A stretch of 64,000 nt of DNA from an uncultured Chloroflexia bacterium (GTDB lineage: Bacteria; Chloroflexota; Limnocylindria; Limnocylindrales; CSP1-4). A program made the position numbers and the translations under genes. This document shows positions 42,942-53,404 of the stretch, piece by piece. How positions within the stretch are numbered: the stretch's first letter is position 1; each line of letters opens with the position of its first letter. Under the pieces are notes generated by a model, which ran no database searches, had not been told where the DNA came from, and worked only from the letters and a program-made list of their open reading frames with translations. The stretch covers positions 1,216,001 to 1,280,000 of the forward strand of contig CAVVJT010000007.1 in the NCBI GenBank assembly GCA_963748625.1, in the 5' to 3' direction.

Positions 42942-43259
42942 CGCGCTGCCCTCCATGCGCGAGCGGGTCGGTCTCGCCAGTTGCTCGGCGCGGTCCCGGC
43001 GGCCGGAGCATGGGCCGCGCGTCAGAGCATCCCGCGTGTGCAGCCGCACGCTCGCAGAGCCAGGACGTGATGCCTAGAGGCTTTCGACCTGATCCCCGCC
43101 CGACCCTGCCCGTCCGCCCAGCCCGGACCCACGTTCAAGCGACCTCCACCCCGCCGTGAGGGCAACGTCCGATGGCGGAGGTGAATGGATTGGGCGACGT
43201 CACACAACCGGTGTGTGTTGTGATGCTCGACGGCATCTACTTCAACGACCGGCCGGTTG

Positions 43260-44030
43260 CTACGAGCGCGAGGCCTCCGAGGACTGCGCCAGCCAGCGGA
43301 TCGCCTGACTCCAGAAGGCTGCGTAGTGGTCCCACTTCACGAAGTCGGTCCCCCAGTGGGGGGCGAGGTCGCTCGTGAAGGCCATAGCGCGCCCTTCGCC
43401 GACGTTCCACACGGCAACAAGGGGATCGCCGTCGCCGATGACGGCCAGGACATCACTGCCCTCCTTGGCGACGACGCGCTGGTAACCCAGAAACTGCGGC
43501 CACTCGGCCGGGATCCCCGAGAGCACCTCGTGGTCGCCCTTGATGACGCGCACGGGCGCCCCCTGCGTGGTCTCGACGCGGTCGTCGAACGGCGAGATCT
43601 CGACCGGGAGGATGGCCTCGATGGCGCTGCCGTGGTAGCTCGCCTTGGCCTGGTACCCCTGGAAGCTGAGCCAGCCGCCGGCCATCGCGAGCGCGCCTCC
43701 CTGGCGCACATAGTCGGCGATCACCTGCACCCGGTCCGGGCCCATGGGCACGACAAACATGTTCGGGTACATGGTCAGGTTGTTGCGGCCGCAGTCGCTG
43801 ATGATGACCACGTCGTACTGCCGGAGCTCCTCCACCGTGGTGGGGAACGTGGTGGCCACAAGGTGGTTCGGGATGTGGGTGATCTGGACGTCTGGATCCT
43901 CGCGCATTGCGTCGCGGAAGAAGACTGAGAAGTCCTCATACCCGCCGAGCTCGACGACGTCGAACCCCTTGGTGTGGATGCGCGTCACCGTCCAGGTCTC
44001 GCCCGCCAACAGCACTCGCCGCGTTGCCAT
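43260..44030 (-). CDS. Glutamine amidotransferase-like (DUF1355-type) protein
   Basis: VLLAGE.W....HTKGFD, YDVVIISD, GG.L.MAGG.LSFQG, SDLAPHW; start ATG 44030. Confidence 0.85.
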   Translation of the reverse strand: MATRRVLLAGETWTVTRIHTKGFDVVELGGYEDFSVFFRDAMREDPDVQITHIPNHLVATTFPTTVEELRQYDVVIISDCGRNNLTMYPNMFVVPMGPDRVQVIADYVRQGGALAMAGGWLSFQGYQAKASYHGSAIEAILPVEISPFDDRVETTQGAPVRVIKGDHEVLSGIPAEWPQFLGYQRVVAKEGSDVLAVIGDGDPLVAVWNVGEGRAMAFTSDLAPHWGTDFVKWDHYAAFWSQAIRWLAQSSEASRS

Positions 44031-44135
44031 TTCGACTCCTGTCTTCGTCGCTGCACGGGAACGCGAGGCGTGCGACGGTTGCCTGCGTTGGTCGACTCCG
44101 ACAACCGGTGCGCCGGCACGGTGGGAGCCATCGCG

Positions 44136-44164
44136 TAATATACTTGCGCAGCAAGCAAAATACA
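44136..44164. promoter_or_regulatory. Candidate ROK operator between divergent genes
   Basis: AT-rich imperfect dyad TACTTGCG-CAGCAA-GCAAAATA in an otherwise GC-rich region. Confidence 0.5.
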
Positions 44165-44180
44165 AGAGGACCATCCAGCG

Positions 44181-45323
44181 ATGCGCTCCGCACGGGAACT
44201 CGAGCTGCTGCAGCTCGTCCACGCGCGCCCTGGCGTCACCCGCGCACAGGCCGCGACCGCGCTATCCGCCAGCAGCGGCACCATCACCGGATTGGTCCGC
44301 AACCTGAGCGAGGCGCGGCTACTGGATGATGAGCCGGGAGACCATTCGGGTATGCGCGGGCGGCCGACTCGGAAGCTCGTGCCGCATGCCGACGGCCCGC
44401 TCGTGCTTGTCGGCGTCGTGTCGCACGAGTCGTGGACGCTGAGCGTCAACCAGTTGGGCGGGGCGGTGATCGCAACGGAAAGCCACAAGCACGGCGTCGT
44501 GGACGGGGCTCGCCTCGTGCGGGAGCTGGGCGCAGCGGCCAGAGCCCTGGCCGCCAGGTACCCTGGCCGAGTTCGGGGCACCGGGCTTGCGCTCCCGGGC
44601 GTCGTGCGTGGGAGCGTGCTGGTCGACGCGCCGCTCCTCAGCTTGCGCTCGCTGGACCTCAGCCCGGTCGCGCCGCGGGAGTCCTCGGGATCGGGGCCCA
44701 ACCACGTCTTCGTCGTAGGCAACGACGCGACACTCGCCGCGCTTGGCGAAGCCGTACGAGGGGCCGCTACGTCTGCTGAGCTGCACCTGCACCTGTATCT
44801 CGACGCCGGCCTGGGAGGAGCGCTCACCCACCGCGGTGTCGTGGTCCCCGGGGCTCGCGGTTTGGGGGGCGAGTTCGGACATATGCCCTTCGGCGAGCCG
44901 ACTGCGGCGTGCCCGTGCGGGGCCGTGGGCTGCTGGACGACCACAGTCGGAGCGCTGCCGCTGGCCCGGGCGCTCAGCGAACCGCTCCCAGCCGACGCCG
45001 TCAGCTACGCCCGCCGGGTCGTCGAGCGCGCTCGCCAGGGCGATGGAGTGGCGCATGAGGCCCTGACCCGGGTCGCCGCGAGTCTCGGGCGAGGAATTGC
45101 CGGCCTCGTCAACGGCCTCGACATCGACTTCATCACGCTCGGGGGATGGGCGGCCGACATCGCCCAGCTCACGCCCGACGCCATCGGCGACGCGTACGTC
45201 GGCGGGCTGATGCGGTTCCGCAGGGCAGATCCGCCGCCGATCGTCGCCGGCATGCTTGGCAGCGATGCTCCGAGCGAGGGTGCCGCGGAGCAGGTCTGGG
45301 CCGAGCTCTGGGCGCTTCTGTAG
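44181..45323 (+). CDS. ROK-family transcriptional regulator
   Basis: N-terminal wHTH with RGRP, GNDA.LAALGE, GEFGH, CPCG..GC. Confidence 0.93.
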   Translation: MRSARELELLQLVHARPGVTRAQAATALSASSGTITGLVRNLSEARLLDDEPGDHSGMRGRPTRKLVPHADGPLVLVGVVSHESWTLSVNQLGGAVIATESHKHGVVDGARLVRELGAAARALAARYPGRVRGTGLALPGVVRGSVLVDAPLLSLRSLDLSPVAPRESSGSGPNHVFVVGNDATLAALGEAVRGAATSAELHLHLYLDAGLGGALTHRGVVVPGARGLGGEFGHMPFGEPTAACPCGAVGCWTTTVGALPLARALSEPLPADAVSYARRVVERARQGDGVAHEALTRVAASLGRGIAGLVNGLDIDFITLGGWAADIAQLTPDAIGDAYVGGLMRFRRADPPPIVAGMLGSDAPSEGAAEQVWAELWALL

Positions 45324-45445
45324 GAGTGGCACGGCGTCGGTCAACTCAGGTGGAGCAGCTCACGCATGCCGCTGACTATCGCATGCGCGTCCCGAACGCC
45401 ATCGGCCCGGCTCACGAACCTGGGAGGAGTCGACGACCGATGTCT

Positions 45446-47173
45446 TCATCGGCTCCCGACGCGGTCGGCAGTCCGTGTCGGCGCGGAGACGCCCCGCGCG
45501 GGAGCAGCTGGGCCGGTCGATGTGCGAAGCGCGGTCTCGTGCATCGCCGCCGCGGCGAACGCCGCGATGATCGCAGCCGCCACGCCGATCCAGAATGTCT
45601 GCGCGACGGCCAGGCTGAACGCCTCCTCGATCCCCGTCACGACGCCGTTGACGTACGGTGCGATGGTCGCCTGCGCAGGCGCCGGCAGGGCTGCCATGAT
45701 CGCCGCCCCGAGATTTCCGACGCCGGTCAGGTTGTTGAAGTCGAGCTGGCCGGCAGCTGTCGCCCGTCCGATGCCGGCCACAACCGCCTGGGGTACGCGG
45801 GCATCGCCGATCTGCGGCCCCAACTGGTCGAGGAACGTCGTCCCAAAGACTGTCCCTGCGACGGCCAGCGCGACGGAGGCGCCGATCTGGCGGAAGAAGG
45901 TGAGGTTGGCCGTGGCGACCCCGAGGAGATGGAACGGCACGGCATTCTGGACGACGATCGTGAACACGGCGAACGACGGCCCGACGCCAAGGCCGGCCAG
46001 CAGCATCCACATGGAGAGGACAAGGAGCGGCGTGCTGGCCGTGAGTTGCGTCATCAGGGCGGTTGCGACACCCATGACCAGGAGGGAGCTCACGAGCAGC
46101 CACCGGTACCGGCCGGTCCGCGACACGAGGTATCCGGAGGCGATCGAACTCGAGATGAGCCCAACCATGAGGGGCAGCAGCGCCAGACCGGAGTAGGTCG
46201 GCGAGAAGCCGTGGACGAACTGGAACCATCGGGGCAGGAACACGATGGCCCCGAAGAAGGCGAAGCTCCCGAAGAAGGCCGCCACCATTGAGCTCGAGTA
46301 CGTCCGAATTCGGAACAGGCTGAGCGGAACGATCGGTTCGCTCGCCCGGGCCTCCACGAGGATGAACAGGACGAGGCCGCCGATGCTGGCCAGGATCAGA
46401 CCGCCGACGGATGGGTCACTCCAGGTGTTGAGCTGGTGCGTCGTCGCGTCCGGCAGGCCCTTGTTGGTGAGGCCCAGCAGGAGCAGCGTGATTGCCACCG
46501 TGAACATGGCGCCGCCGAGGATGTCGAGGTTCCTGGTCGCGCGAGGCGTCCTGACCGTGGGCAGCAGCCGGGATATGACGTACAGCGCGACGAGGCCGAT
46601 CGGGACGTTCACGAAGAAGATCCAGTGCCAGCTGACATTCTCGGTCAGGAAGCCTCCGATCAGCGGTCCGACGATGAACGCGATGCCGAAGACGGCACCG
46701 AACAGCCCCTGGTACTTGCCCCGCTCCTGCGGACTGAACAAGTCGCCGATGATCGCGAGGGCGACCGGGAACAAGGACCCGGCACCGATGCCCTGGATGC
46801 CCCGGAAGAGGATGAGCATCCCCATGGTCTGGCTCAGGCCCGATAGCGCCGAGCCGATCAGGAAGATGACGATCCCGATCATGAAGACCGGCTTTCGACC
46901 GTGGATGTCGGACAGCTTGCCCCAGAACGGGATGCTGATGGTGCTCGTCAGCAGATAGGCCGTGACGACCCAGACGTAGTACTCGCTGCCACCCAGCTGG
47001 GTCGCGATGGTCGGAAGTGCCGGGCCGACGATCGTCTGGTCGAGCGCTCCCAGGAAGAGGCCGAGCATGACCGCGAAGAGGATCTGCATCTTCGCGCGCT
47101 GGCTGAGCTCGAGGGCCGGGTCCTCGAGCTCAGCCAGGCCCCGCCCGCCCGAACCGGGGGAGTATCCATCCAT
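45446..47173 (-). CDS. MFS DHA2 (14-TM) efflux transporter
   Basis: [50 protein letters not shown]. Confidence 0.95.
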   Translation of the reverse strand: MDGYSPGSGGRGLAELEDPALELSQRAKMQILFAVMLGLFLGALDQTIVGPALPTIATQLGGSEYYVWVVTAYLLTSTISIPFWGKLSDIHGRKPVFMIGIVIFLIGSALSGLSQTMGMLILFRGIQGIGAGSLFPVALAIIGDLFSPQERGKYQGLFGAVFGIAFIVGPLIGGFLTENVSWHWIFFVNVPIGLVALYVISRLLPTVRTPRATRNLDILGGAMFTVAITLLLLGLTNKGLPDATTHQLNTWSDPSVGGLILASIGGLVLFILVEARASEPIVPLSLFRIRTYSSSMVAAFFGSFAFFGAIVFLPRWFQFVHGFSPTYSGLALLPLMVGLISSSIASGYLVSRTGRYRWLLVSSLLVMGVATALMTQLTASTPLLVLSMWMLLAGLGVGPSFAVFTIVVQNAVPFHLLGVATANLTFFRQIGASVALAVAGTVFGTTFLDQLGPQIGDARVPQAVVAGIGRATAAGQLDFNNLTGVGNLGAAIMAALPAPAQATIAPYVNGVVTGIEEAFSLAVAQTFWIGVAAAIIAAFAAAAMHETALRTSTGPAAPARGVSAPTRTADRVGSR

Positions 47174-47319
47174 GCCTTGGCCTTCCGCTGGGTCACGAGG
47201 GGCGCGCTGCCCTGGTTCGGGCGTCGCATGCTCGTGTGCCAGACGCTAGGGGGCGGGGATCCACCCGAGAAGTCACGGTCGTCGCGATCGCCCAATGACG
47301 ATCCTCGGGTCGTCGGTCG

Positions 47320-47437
47320 TGACCGATGTCACGACGCGGGACGCCGGTCCTCAGGCCGTATCCAGGTGCCCTGACATCCGTCATGGGGAGTTCCCGACGT
47401 GTGTGACTTTCTGCGGGCCGCGAAGCGCGGCTACGGT
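47320..47437 (+). promoter_or_regulatory. TGAC-N4-GTCA box promoter (copy 1)
   Basis: TGACCGATGTCA 47320, TGACATCCGTCA 47372, CGACGTGTGTGA 47395, -10 TACGGT 47432. Confidence 0.65.
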
Positions 47438-47833
47438 GTCTGGGCCACTCCGTCGGGGCGGCATGCATCCAGTGCGATCGAGACTTTCATTGCTACGCTC
47501 GTGCACGAAGTCGTCGCCAGCGTCGACAGGCAGTTCGTTGTCCTGGTCGTGGCTCGGCGTCCCGCGTGGACTGCGCCGACGCCGCTGCCGTTCCGATCCG
47601 CAGACGTCCTGGGCCGTGTCCATCAGGATCGACGCTGGGATGGAAGAGTCCCTCCCGGCTGTCGCGCGTACGATAGGCGCACCACCGCCCTCGTTCTTGG
47701 TCGACGTCCATGACCACCAGGCGAACGCAGCACGGCATCCAACCTCGGGCAATCGCGAGTCCACCGCGTTCGTCGCGTTCAGGTCGATCTGGTTGTCGAT
47801 CCGAGATGGCGGAAGACCCCGAACGTCGCTGAC

Positions 47834-49156
47834 ATGCGACGGATCTCGCGCAGATCCCAGTCGAGGGACGCAGTGGCCCTGCGGGACGAGGGGCTCCTCC
47901 GAGCTCCGAGTCGGCCAGATCCGATCCCGGGCTGGCTCGCGCTCGGTGTCGGGGTCGGGCTGGTGGCCTTCATGATCCGGCCCGCCCTGGCGCTCGCCCA
48001 GGAACCGACGACGGGCCCATACGAGTACGTCGCAGTGGGCAGCCTCGTCGCGTTCATCGGCGTCTACTTCTGGGCCGGCCCCATCGCCTTCGTGCGCCGG
48101 GCCGGGGGGCGGCCGAGCCTCGCGGCGGCGGTCCTCGGATCCCTGGCCTTCGCGGTTGCGCTCATCGGGCGCGACGCGAACTGGACCATCCTGTTCGTCG
48201 CCGTCGCGGTGGTTGCCGGCGCGATCATTCCGTGGCAGCGCGCCATCGCGGCGATCGTGCTGACCACCGTGCTGGCCACGCTGGCACGGGTCGTCGCAAC
48301 GGGGGCCCCGGTCGGCATCGTCGAATCGGCCTTCGCCGTGGTCATCTCGGGGCTTGTCGTGGTCAGCTTCGGTCGGCTTGACCGGACGGCCCGCGAACTG
48401 ACCCTGGCCCAAGCCGAGGTCGCGCGTCTCGCGGCCGCCGACGAGCGGGCACGGATCGCCCGCGACGTTCATGACCTGATCGGTCACAGCCTGTCGGTCA
48501 TCGCGCTCAAGTCCGAGCTAGCACGCCGGCTCGTCGAGGTCCGTCCCGACCGGGCGGCGGCCGAGCTGCAGGACATCGAGAGCGTCGCACGTGGCTCGCT
48601 GCGTGACATCCGGGAGACCGTGGCCGGGTACCGACTCATCACGCTGGAAACTGAGCTTGCCGGCGCCCGGATGGCGCTCTCCGCAGCCGGGATCGTGATG
48701 GAGGTGCACCAGACGACCGACGTGCATGACCCGGCAACCGAGGCATTGCTTGGGTGGGTGGTACGCGAAGGCATCACCAACGTCATCCGTCACAGTAACG
48801 GCGTGCATTGCACGATCCGGATCAAGGCCGTGGCCGGTCAAGTGCGACTCGAGATCATCGACGACGGTCGGGGCCACGACCGACATGGGTCGGGGCTGGC
48901 GGGACGGCCGGGAAGCGGGTTGTCCGGGCTCCAGGAACGCCTCCGGGCGGCCGGCGGACGTCTGGAGGCAGGGCCGGTCCCGGGCAGAGGCTACCGACTG
49001 GAGGCTGTCATACCCGACCGGGCCGGCCCGCGTGCCCCGTCGCCGACCGCCGACGAGCGTGACACGACGGAGGCAGGTGGAGACGAGGATCGAGACGTCC
49101 AGCGGCCAGGTCAGGCTTCCGCGGCGTCCGGGTTCTCCAGGGGAGGTCGAGCGTGA
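47834..49156 (+). CDS. DesK-like (HisKA_3) membrane sensor kinase
   Basis: ERARIARDVHDLIGHSLSVI.LK.ELA, REGITNVIRHS, DDGRG, GSGL.GL.ER; start uncertain. Confidence 0.93.
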   Translation: MRRISRRSQSRDAVALRDEGLLRAPSRPDPIPGWLALGVGVGLVAFMIRPALALAQEPTTGPYEYVAVGSLVAFIGVYFWAGPIAFVRRAGGRPSLAAAVLGSLAFAVALIGRDANWTILFVAVAVVAGAIIPWQRAIAAIVLTTVLATLARVVATGAPVGIVESAFAVVISGLVVVSFGRLDRTARELTLAQAEVARLAAADERARIARDVHDLIGHSLSVIALKSELARRLVEVRPDRAAAELQDIESVARGSLRDIRETVAGYRLITLETELAGARMALSAAGIVMEVHQTTDVHDPATEALLGWVVREGITNVIRHSNGVHCTIRIKAVAGQVRLEIIDDGRGHDRHGSGLAGRPGSGLSGLQERLRAAGGRLEAGPVPGRGYRLEAVIPDRAGPRAPSPTADERDTTEAGGDEDRDVQRPGQASAASGFSRGGRA

Positions 49157-49779
49157 TCCGTGTCCTGCTGGCCGAGGACCAATCGCTGGTCCGCGGTGCG
49201 CTCACCGCGCTGCTTACCCTCGAAGGCGACATCGAGGTGGTCGCCGAGGTCGCCCGGGGCGACGAGATCGTCGCGGCTGCGGAACGAGTCCGTCCGGACG
49301 TCGCCCTCTTGGACATCGAGCTGCCCGGCGCCGACGGCCTCTCGGTGGCAGCCGTATTGCGCGATCGTCTTCCCGACGTCCGGGTCATCATCCTCACGAC
49401 GTTCGGTCGGCCCGGTTACCTGCGACGGGCGATGGAGGCGGGCGCGATCGGCTACGTCCTCAAGGACGCCCCCGCGAGCACGCTGGCGACCGCGATCAGG
49501 CGCGCGACCGAGGGCAAGCGGACCGTCGACCCGACCCTTGCCGTGACGGCGCTGAGCGAGGGAGGCAACCCGCTCACCGAGCGCGAGCGGGAGGTCCTCG
49601 ATGTGTCGCGCGAGGTCGCGACGATCGCCGAGATCGCAGACCGCCTGTTCCTGTCCGAGGGGACCGTGCGGAACCACCTGTCCGCGGCGATCCAGAAGGT
49701 CGAGGCACACAACCGGGCGGAAGCGGCGCGGATCGCCGAACAGAAGGGTTGGCTCGAACCTGCGCGAGAGGATCGATGA
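49153..49779 (+). CDS. DesR-like NarL-family response regulator
   Basis: LLAEDQ, LLDIELPG, LTTFGRPGYL, NPLTERE, LSEGTVRNHLS. Confidence 0.95.
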   Translation: MIRVLLAEDQSLVRGALTALLTLEGDIEVVAEVARGDEIVAAAERVRPDVALLDIELPGADGLSVAAVLRDRLPDVRVIILTTFGRPGYLRRAMEAGAIGYVLKDAPASTLATAIRRATEGKRTVDPTLAVTALSEGGNPLTEREREVLDVSREVATIAEIADRLFLSEGTVRNHLSAAIQKVEAHNRAEAARIAEQKGWLEPAREDR

Positions 49780-50336
49780 CCGCCGCGGGGCGGCCTGGCG
49801 CCAGGCTGACACAGGGAGCGGTTCCGGGCTGGGATACGCGGTCCGGGGATGGCGCGAGTCGGCATCCGGTCAACCGCCTGCTCGTCGACGCGGCGCCGCT
49901 GCCCGAGCGGGTCGCCGACCGCGCCGTGGGGTTGCTCGGCAGCTGGCGGTTCATGGCCGTCCAGACGGTCATCGTCCTGATCTGGATCGTCGGGAATGCC
50001 TATCTCTGGTTCCACTTCGACCCGTACCCGTTCATTCTCCTGAACCTGGCGTTCTCGACCGAAGCCGCGTATGCCGCGCCTCTGATCCTTCTCGCCAGCA
50101 ACCGGGCAGCGGCGCGCGACCGGATGACGCTCGAGCACGCGGCCTCGGAGGCGGATATCGAGGACGCCCAGAACGAGCGACTGCTCGAGGGCAACGCTGC
50201 GATCCTGGCCCATGTCGAGGTCCTGGAGCATCGGATCCTCGATCTCGAACGCTCGATCCTCGAGGCCCTCGCGGATCGGCCCCGACGTCCGGTGACGCCA
50301 TCGTCGCCTGCTGATCCGGGGCAGCCCGGCGCGTGA
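49776..50336 (+). CDS. DUF1003 membrane protein
   Basis: ERVAD....GSWRF, FDPYPFILLNLAFS..AAYAAPLIL...NR; ATGA overlap with the regulator. Confidence 0.88.
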   Translation: MTAAGRPGARLTQGAVPGWDTRSGDGASRHPVNRLLVDAAPLPERVADRAVGLLGSWRFMAVQTVIVLIWIVGNAYLWFHFDPYPFILLNLAFSTEAAYAAPLILLASNRAAARDRMTLEHAASEADIEDAQNERLLEGNAAILAHVEVLEHRILDLERSILEALADRPRRPVTPSSPADPGQPGA

Positions 50337-50422
50337 CATCGGTCATGTCCGCGACCCATGGAGATGTCACCAGGGCATTGCGACGGCCGTGACTTCTTCC
50401 GGTGCCGGAGCGTAGGTAGGCT
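50334..50422 (+). promoter_or_regulatory. TGAC-N4-GTCA box promoter (copy 2)
   Basis: TGACATCGGTCA 50334, ATGGAGATGTCA 50358, CGACGGCCGTGA 50381, -10 TAGGCT 50417. Confidence 0.65.
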
Positions 50423-50474
50423 CCTATCGATGTGGAGGCAGCCAACGTCCCGGCCCCAGGGTGACGTGAACAAG

Positions 50475-50624
50475 ATGGAAGTCGACCTGGGATTGCTGGT
50501 CCTGCGCGCCACCATCGGCCTGCTGTTCGCCGGTCATGGCCTGTCCATTCTTGGCGCCGTCGCTGCGACCTGGTTGCCGGGTCCTGCGCCGAGGCGACAA
50601 GCGACCGCAGCCCGATCCGCGTGA
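50475..50624 (+). pseudogene. Truncated DoxX-family gene
   Basis: DLGLLVLRATIGLLFAGHG is the DoxX N-terminal signature; similarity is then lost. Confidence 0.6.
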
Positions 50625-51490
50625 TCGCCATCGGGCTGCCGCCCCTGCTGGCCCCAACCGCCGAGCTCGGAATCTTCGTGGTCAGCATCGTTGCGGGCCT
50701 GATCGGAGCGCTGGCCGGTGTTGGCGGCGGGATCATCGTCGTGCCGGCACTGACGATCTTGTTCGGGGTCGACGTTCGGCTCGCGATCGGTGCGAGCATC
50801 GTCAGCGTCATCGCGACGAGCTCGGGTGCGGCAGCGGCCTATGTCCGGGACCGGATGACAGACATGCATATCGGTATGTTCCTCGAGCTGGCAACGACGA
50901 GCGGCGCGATCGCCGGAGCGCTGCTCGCGGCCGTGGTCGCGCCATCGCTGCTGCTGGTCCTGCTGGGGATCGTCCTGCTCGGTTCGGCTGGCCAACAGGC
51001 TCTCCGCCTCGGTGAGGAGCTCGCCCCGGACGTCGCGCCGTCGGGCGCCGCCCTCCGTCTCCGGCTGTGGGGCAGCTACCCGGATGTGCAGCTCGAGCGC
51101 GAGGTCCACTACAGCGCCCAGCGCGTCCCCCTCGGGTTCGTCCTCATGGGCTTCGCAGGGCTCGTATCCGGCCTTCTCGGGATCGGCTCGGGGGCGCTCA
51201 AGGTCCTGGCCATGGACGGCGCGATGCGCCTGCCGATGAAGGTCAGCTCGGCGACGAGCAACTTCATGATCGGCGTGACGGCGGCGGCATCGGCCGGGAT
51301 CTACCTGGGTCGAGGGGACGTCGATCCGACGATCGCCGTTCCGGTCGCCCTCGGCGTCCTGGCCGGGGCCACGCTCGGAGCCCGACTCCTGCCGAGGCTG
51401 TCGAACCGGCGGGTTCGCCTCATCTTCCTCCCGGTCCTCGTCGTGATCGGCCTCGAGACGCTGGCTCGCGGCCTCGGAGTCGGGTTGTGA
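50621..51490 (+). CDS. TauE/SafE-family (TSUP) sulfite exporter-like permease
   Basis: G.GGGIIVVP.L, AIGASIVSVIATSSG, GLLGIGSG.LKV.AMD..M.LP.KVS.ATSNFMIGVT. Confidence 0.92.
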   Translation: MIAIGLPPLLAPTAELGIFVVSIVAGLIGALAGVGGGIIVVPALTILFGVDVRLAIGASIVSVIATSSGAAAAYVRDRMTDMHIGMFLELATTSGAIAGALLAAVVAPSLLLVLLGIVLLGSAGQQALRLGEELAPDVAPSGAALRLRLWGSYPDVQLEREVHYSAQRVPLGFVLMGFAGLVSGLLGIGSGALKVLAMDGAMRLPMKVSSATSNFMIGVTAAASAGIYLGRGDVDPTIAVPVALGVLAGATLGARLLPRLSNRRVRLIFLPVLVVIGLETLARGLGVGL

Positions 51491-51846
51491 CACCGGATCG
51501 ATTCCGCGTGCTCGTCAGTGGGGTCCTCATCGTCGGGGTCGTCACGAGCGCGGTCCTCATGACGGTCGCCCTTGTCGCCTCCCTCGCCGTTGGCTGGGAC
51601 GGTTCGCTTCGCGGCCTGCCCGCCGCCACGTCGTCCGCGTCCGACTTCTCCGCCGTCGTGGCGGCCGTGCTGGAGCTGCGACCGATTGCGATCGCCCAGA
51701 TGGGGCTCCTGGTCCTGATCGCGACCCCGGTGGTGCGAGTCATGGCGTCGGTCGTCGCGTTTGTGCTGGAGCGTGACCGCCTGTATGCGGCAATCACCCT
51801 CGGCGTGCTCGCGATCCTGCTCGGGAGCCTGTTCTGGCTCCGGTAA
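51487..51846 (+). CDS. DUF1634 membrane protein
   Basis: GLLVLIATPVVRV...F..ERD..Y; GTGA overlap with tauE. Confidence 0.85.
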   Translation: MTPDRFRVLVSGVLIVGVVTSAVLMTVALVASLAVGWDGSLRGLPAATSSASDFSAVVAAVLELRPIAIAQMGLLVLIATPVVRVMASVVAFVLERDRLYAAITLGVLAILLGSLFWLR

Positions 51847-51899
51847 GCACCGATCGCGGCCGGCGCGGCATGGCTGGCGAGCATGGCGGACGGACCCCG

Positions 51900-51987
51900 T
51901 GACGCCTGTCACCGTCGTATCGAGACACCCCTCATGGCCGAATCCAGACGGCCGTGACTTCCGGGCGCATTTGCGCGGCCATACGGT
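51900..51987 (+). promoter_or_regulatory. TGAC-N4-GTCA box promoter (copy 3)
   Basis: TGACGCCTGTCA 51900, AGACACCCCTCA 51923, AGACGGCCGTGA 51946, -10 TACGGT 51982. Confidence 0.65.
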
Positions 51988-52059
51988 GATGGAGTCAGGC
52001 GCGGACCTTCCCCACCGTCGCGAGCGCCGTCCGCACCACCACCTCGAAGGATTCGTGTC

Positions 52060-52683
52060 ATGACTGCCGCAACCGTCCAGGCTCGCCGCTCGCCGGCCGA
52101 CTTCCAGGAACCCGCACTCGCCCGCTTCCTCTTCTCTGACGGCCGGGCGGCATGGCTCTGGCTGATCGTCCGGGTCTACCTCGGCTACGAGTGGCTCACG
52201 GCGGGCTGGGGAAAGGTCACCAGCCCGGCATGGACTGGCCCCCAGGCCGGCAGTGCCCTGACCGGCTTCGTCAACGGAGCCATCGGCGAGGCCACCGGCG
52301 CGCACCCCGCTGTCCAGGGCTGGTACGCCGACCTCCTGAAGGGCTGGGTGCTGCCCAACACGGCGCTCTTCGCGCACCTGGTGGCCTACGGGGAGCTGCT
52401 CGTGGGCCTCGCGCTCATCGTGGGTGCGCTCACCGGCATCGCCGCCTTCTTCGGCATCGTCATGAACGCCAACTACCTGCTCGCCGGTGCCGTGTCCACC
52501 AACCCGATCCTGGCCGTCCTGGCCATCTTCATCGTGCTTGCCTGGCGCAACGCGGGCTGGATCGGGCTCGACCGGTGGCTGCTGCCGCTCATCGGCACGC
52601 CCTGGCAGCCCGGTGGCATCTTCCGGAGGGAAGCCGGCGCGCGGTCGACCGGGGTGGACACGCATGACGCCGCGGTCTCGTGA
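52060..52683 (+). CDS. DoxX/DoxD-like membrane protein (thiosulfate:quinone oxidoreductase small-subunit family)
   Basis: RVYLGYEWL.AGW.K, WY..L...VLPN, GELLVGL.LI.G, NYLLAG.VSTNP, GLDRW. Confidence 0.88.
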   Translation: MTAATVQARRSPADFQEPALARFLFSDGRAAWLWLIVRVYLGYEWLTAGWGKVTSPAWTGPQAGSALTGFVNGAIGEATGAHPAVQGWYADLLKGWVLPNTALFAHLVAYGELLVGLALIVGALTGIAAFFGIVMNANYLLAGAVSTNPILAVLAIFIVLAWRNAGWIGLDRWLLPLIGTPWQPGGIFRREAGARSTGVDTHDAAVS

Positions 52684-52921
52684 GGGCACCATGGCAGAGG
52701 GACGACGATGCAGATCCTGCCGGCACGTCGATGGTGCCGGGCGACGAGATGATCGACACCGACTTCCAGGCACTCACGGGTCTCGGCGGGTGGCTGGCCG
52801 ACGATAGTCCGCAGGGAGGGCGATCAGCGACCTGTTGGCGTTCGCTCCGTCGCACTATCCATGAACTCGCCGGACGACCCCGGGCAGCGGGCAACGGTGG
52901 TGACTGACGGAGTCGAGCTGT

Positions 52922-53404
52922 TCAATGGGCAGTGTCGGAAGCGAGGCGCTGCGACGCCATCTGGGCGCTGGCTTCAAGTGACGCGATCTTGGCCACGCGG
53001 ACTGCGTGCCGGCCGCCCTCGAAGCTCGCCGTGAGAAATGCTTCGACGCACGCCCGCGCCACGGCGTGGCCGACGATCCGCTCACCCATCGCGAGAACGT
53101 TGGCGTCATTGTGTTCGCGGCCGAGCCTGGCCGTCACCGGGTCGGCGGCCTCAACGCACCTGATACCGCGGATCTTGTTGGCGACGATGGCCTCGCCCGT
53201 CCCGCTGCCACCAAGAACGATCGCCAGGTCGCACTCGCCCATCGCCACCGCCCGTGCGGCGGGTGCGATCACGTCGGGATAGTCCACGGGTTCCCGCGTG
53301 CCGGTCCCGAAGTCCACAGCCTCGTGGCCTGCCAGACGGACCCACTCGAGAACGGGTTCCTTCAGTGGGAATCCTGCGTGATCGGCCGCGACCGCGATCC
53401 TCAT
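52922..53404 (-). CDS. rpiB: Ribose-5-phosphate isomerase B
   Basis: IAVAADHAGF.LK, DYPD, GGSGTGE.IVANK..GIR, REHNDANVL, FEGGRH..RV. Confidence 0.93.
   Translation of the reverse strand: MRIAVAADHAGFPLKEPVLEWVRLAGHEAVDFGTGTREPVDYPDVIAPAARAVAMGECDLAIVLGGSGTGEAIVANKIRGIRCVEAADPVTARLGREHNDANVLAMGERIVGHAVARACVEAFLTASFEGGRHAVRVAKIASLEASAQMASQRLASDTAH

Noticed and set aside
43201-43223. CACACA-N5-TGTGTG dyad
   Set aside because: Short, single instance with no clearly associated promoter or regulator.
47440-47830. ORFs downstream of promoter copy 1
   Set aside because: No recognisable motifs or consistent frame; possibly degraded sequence.
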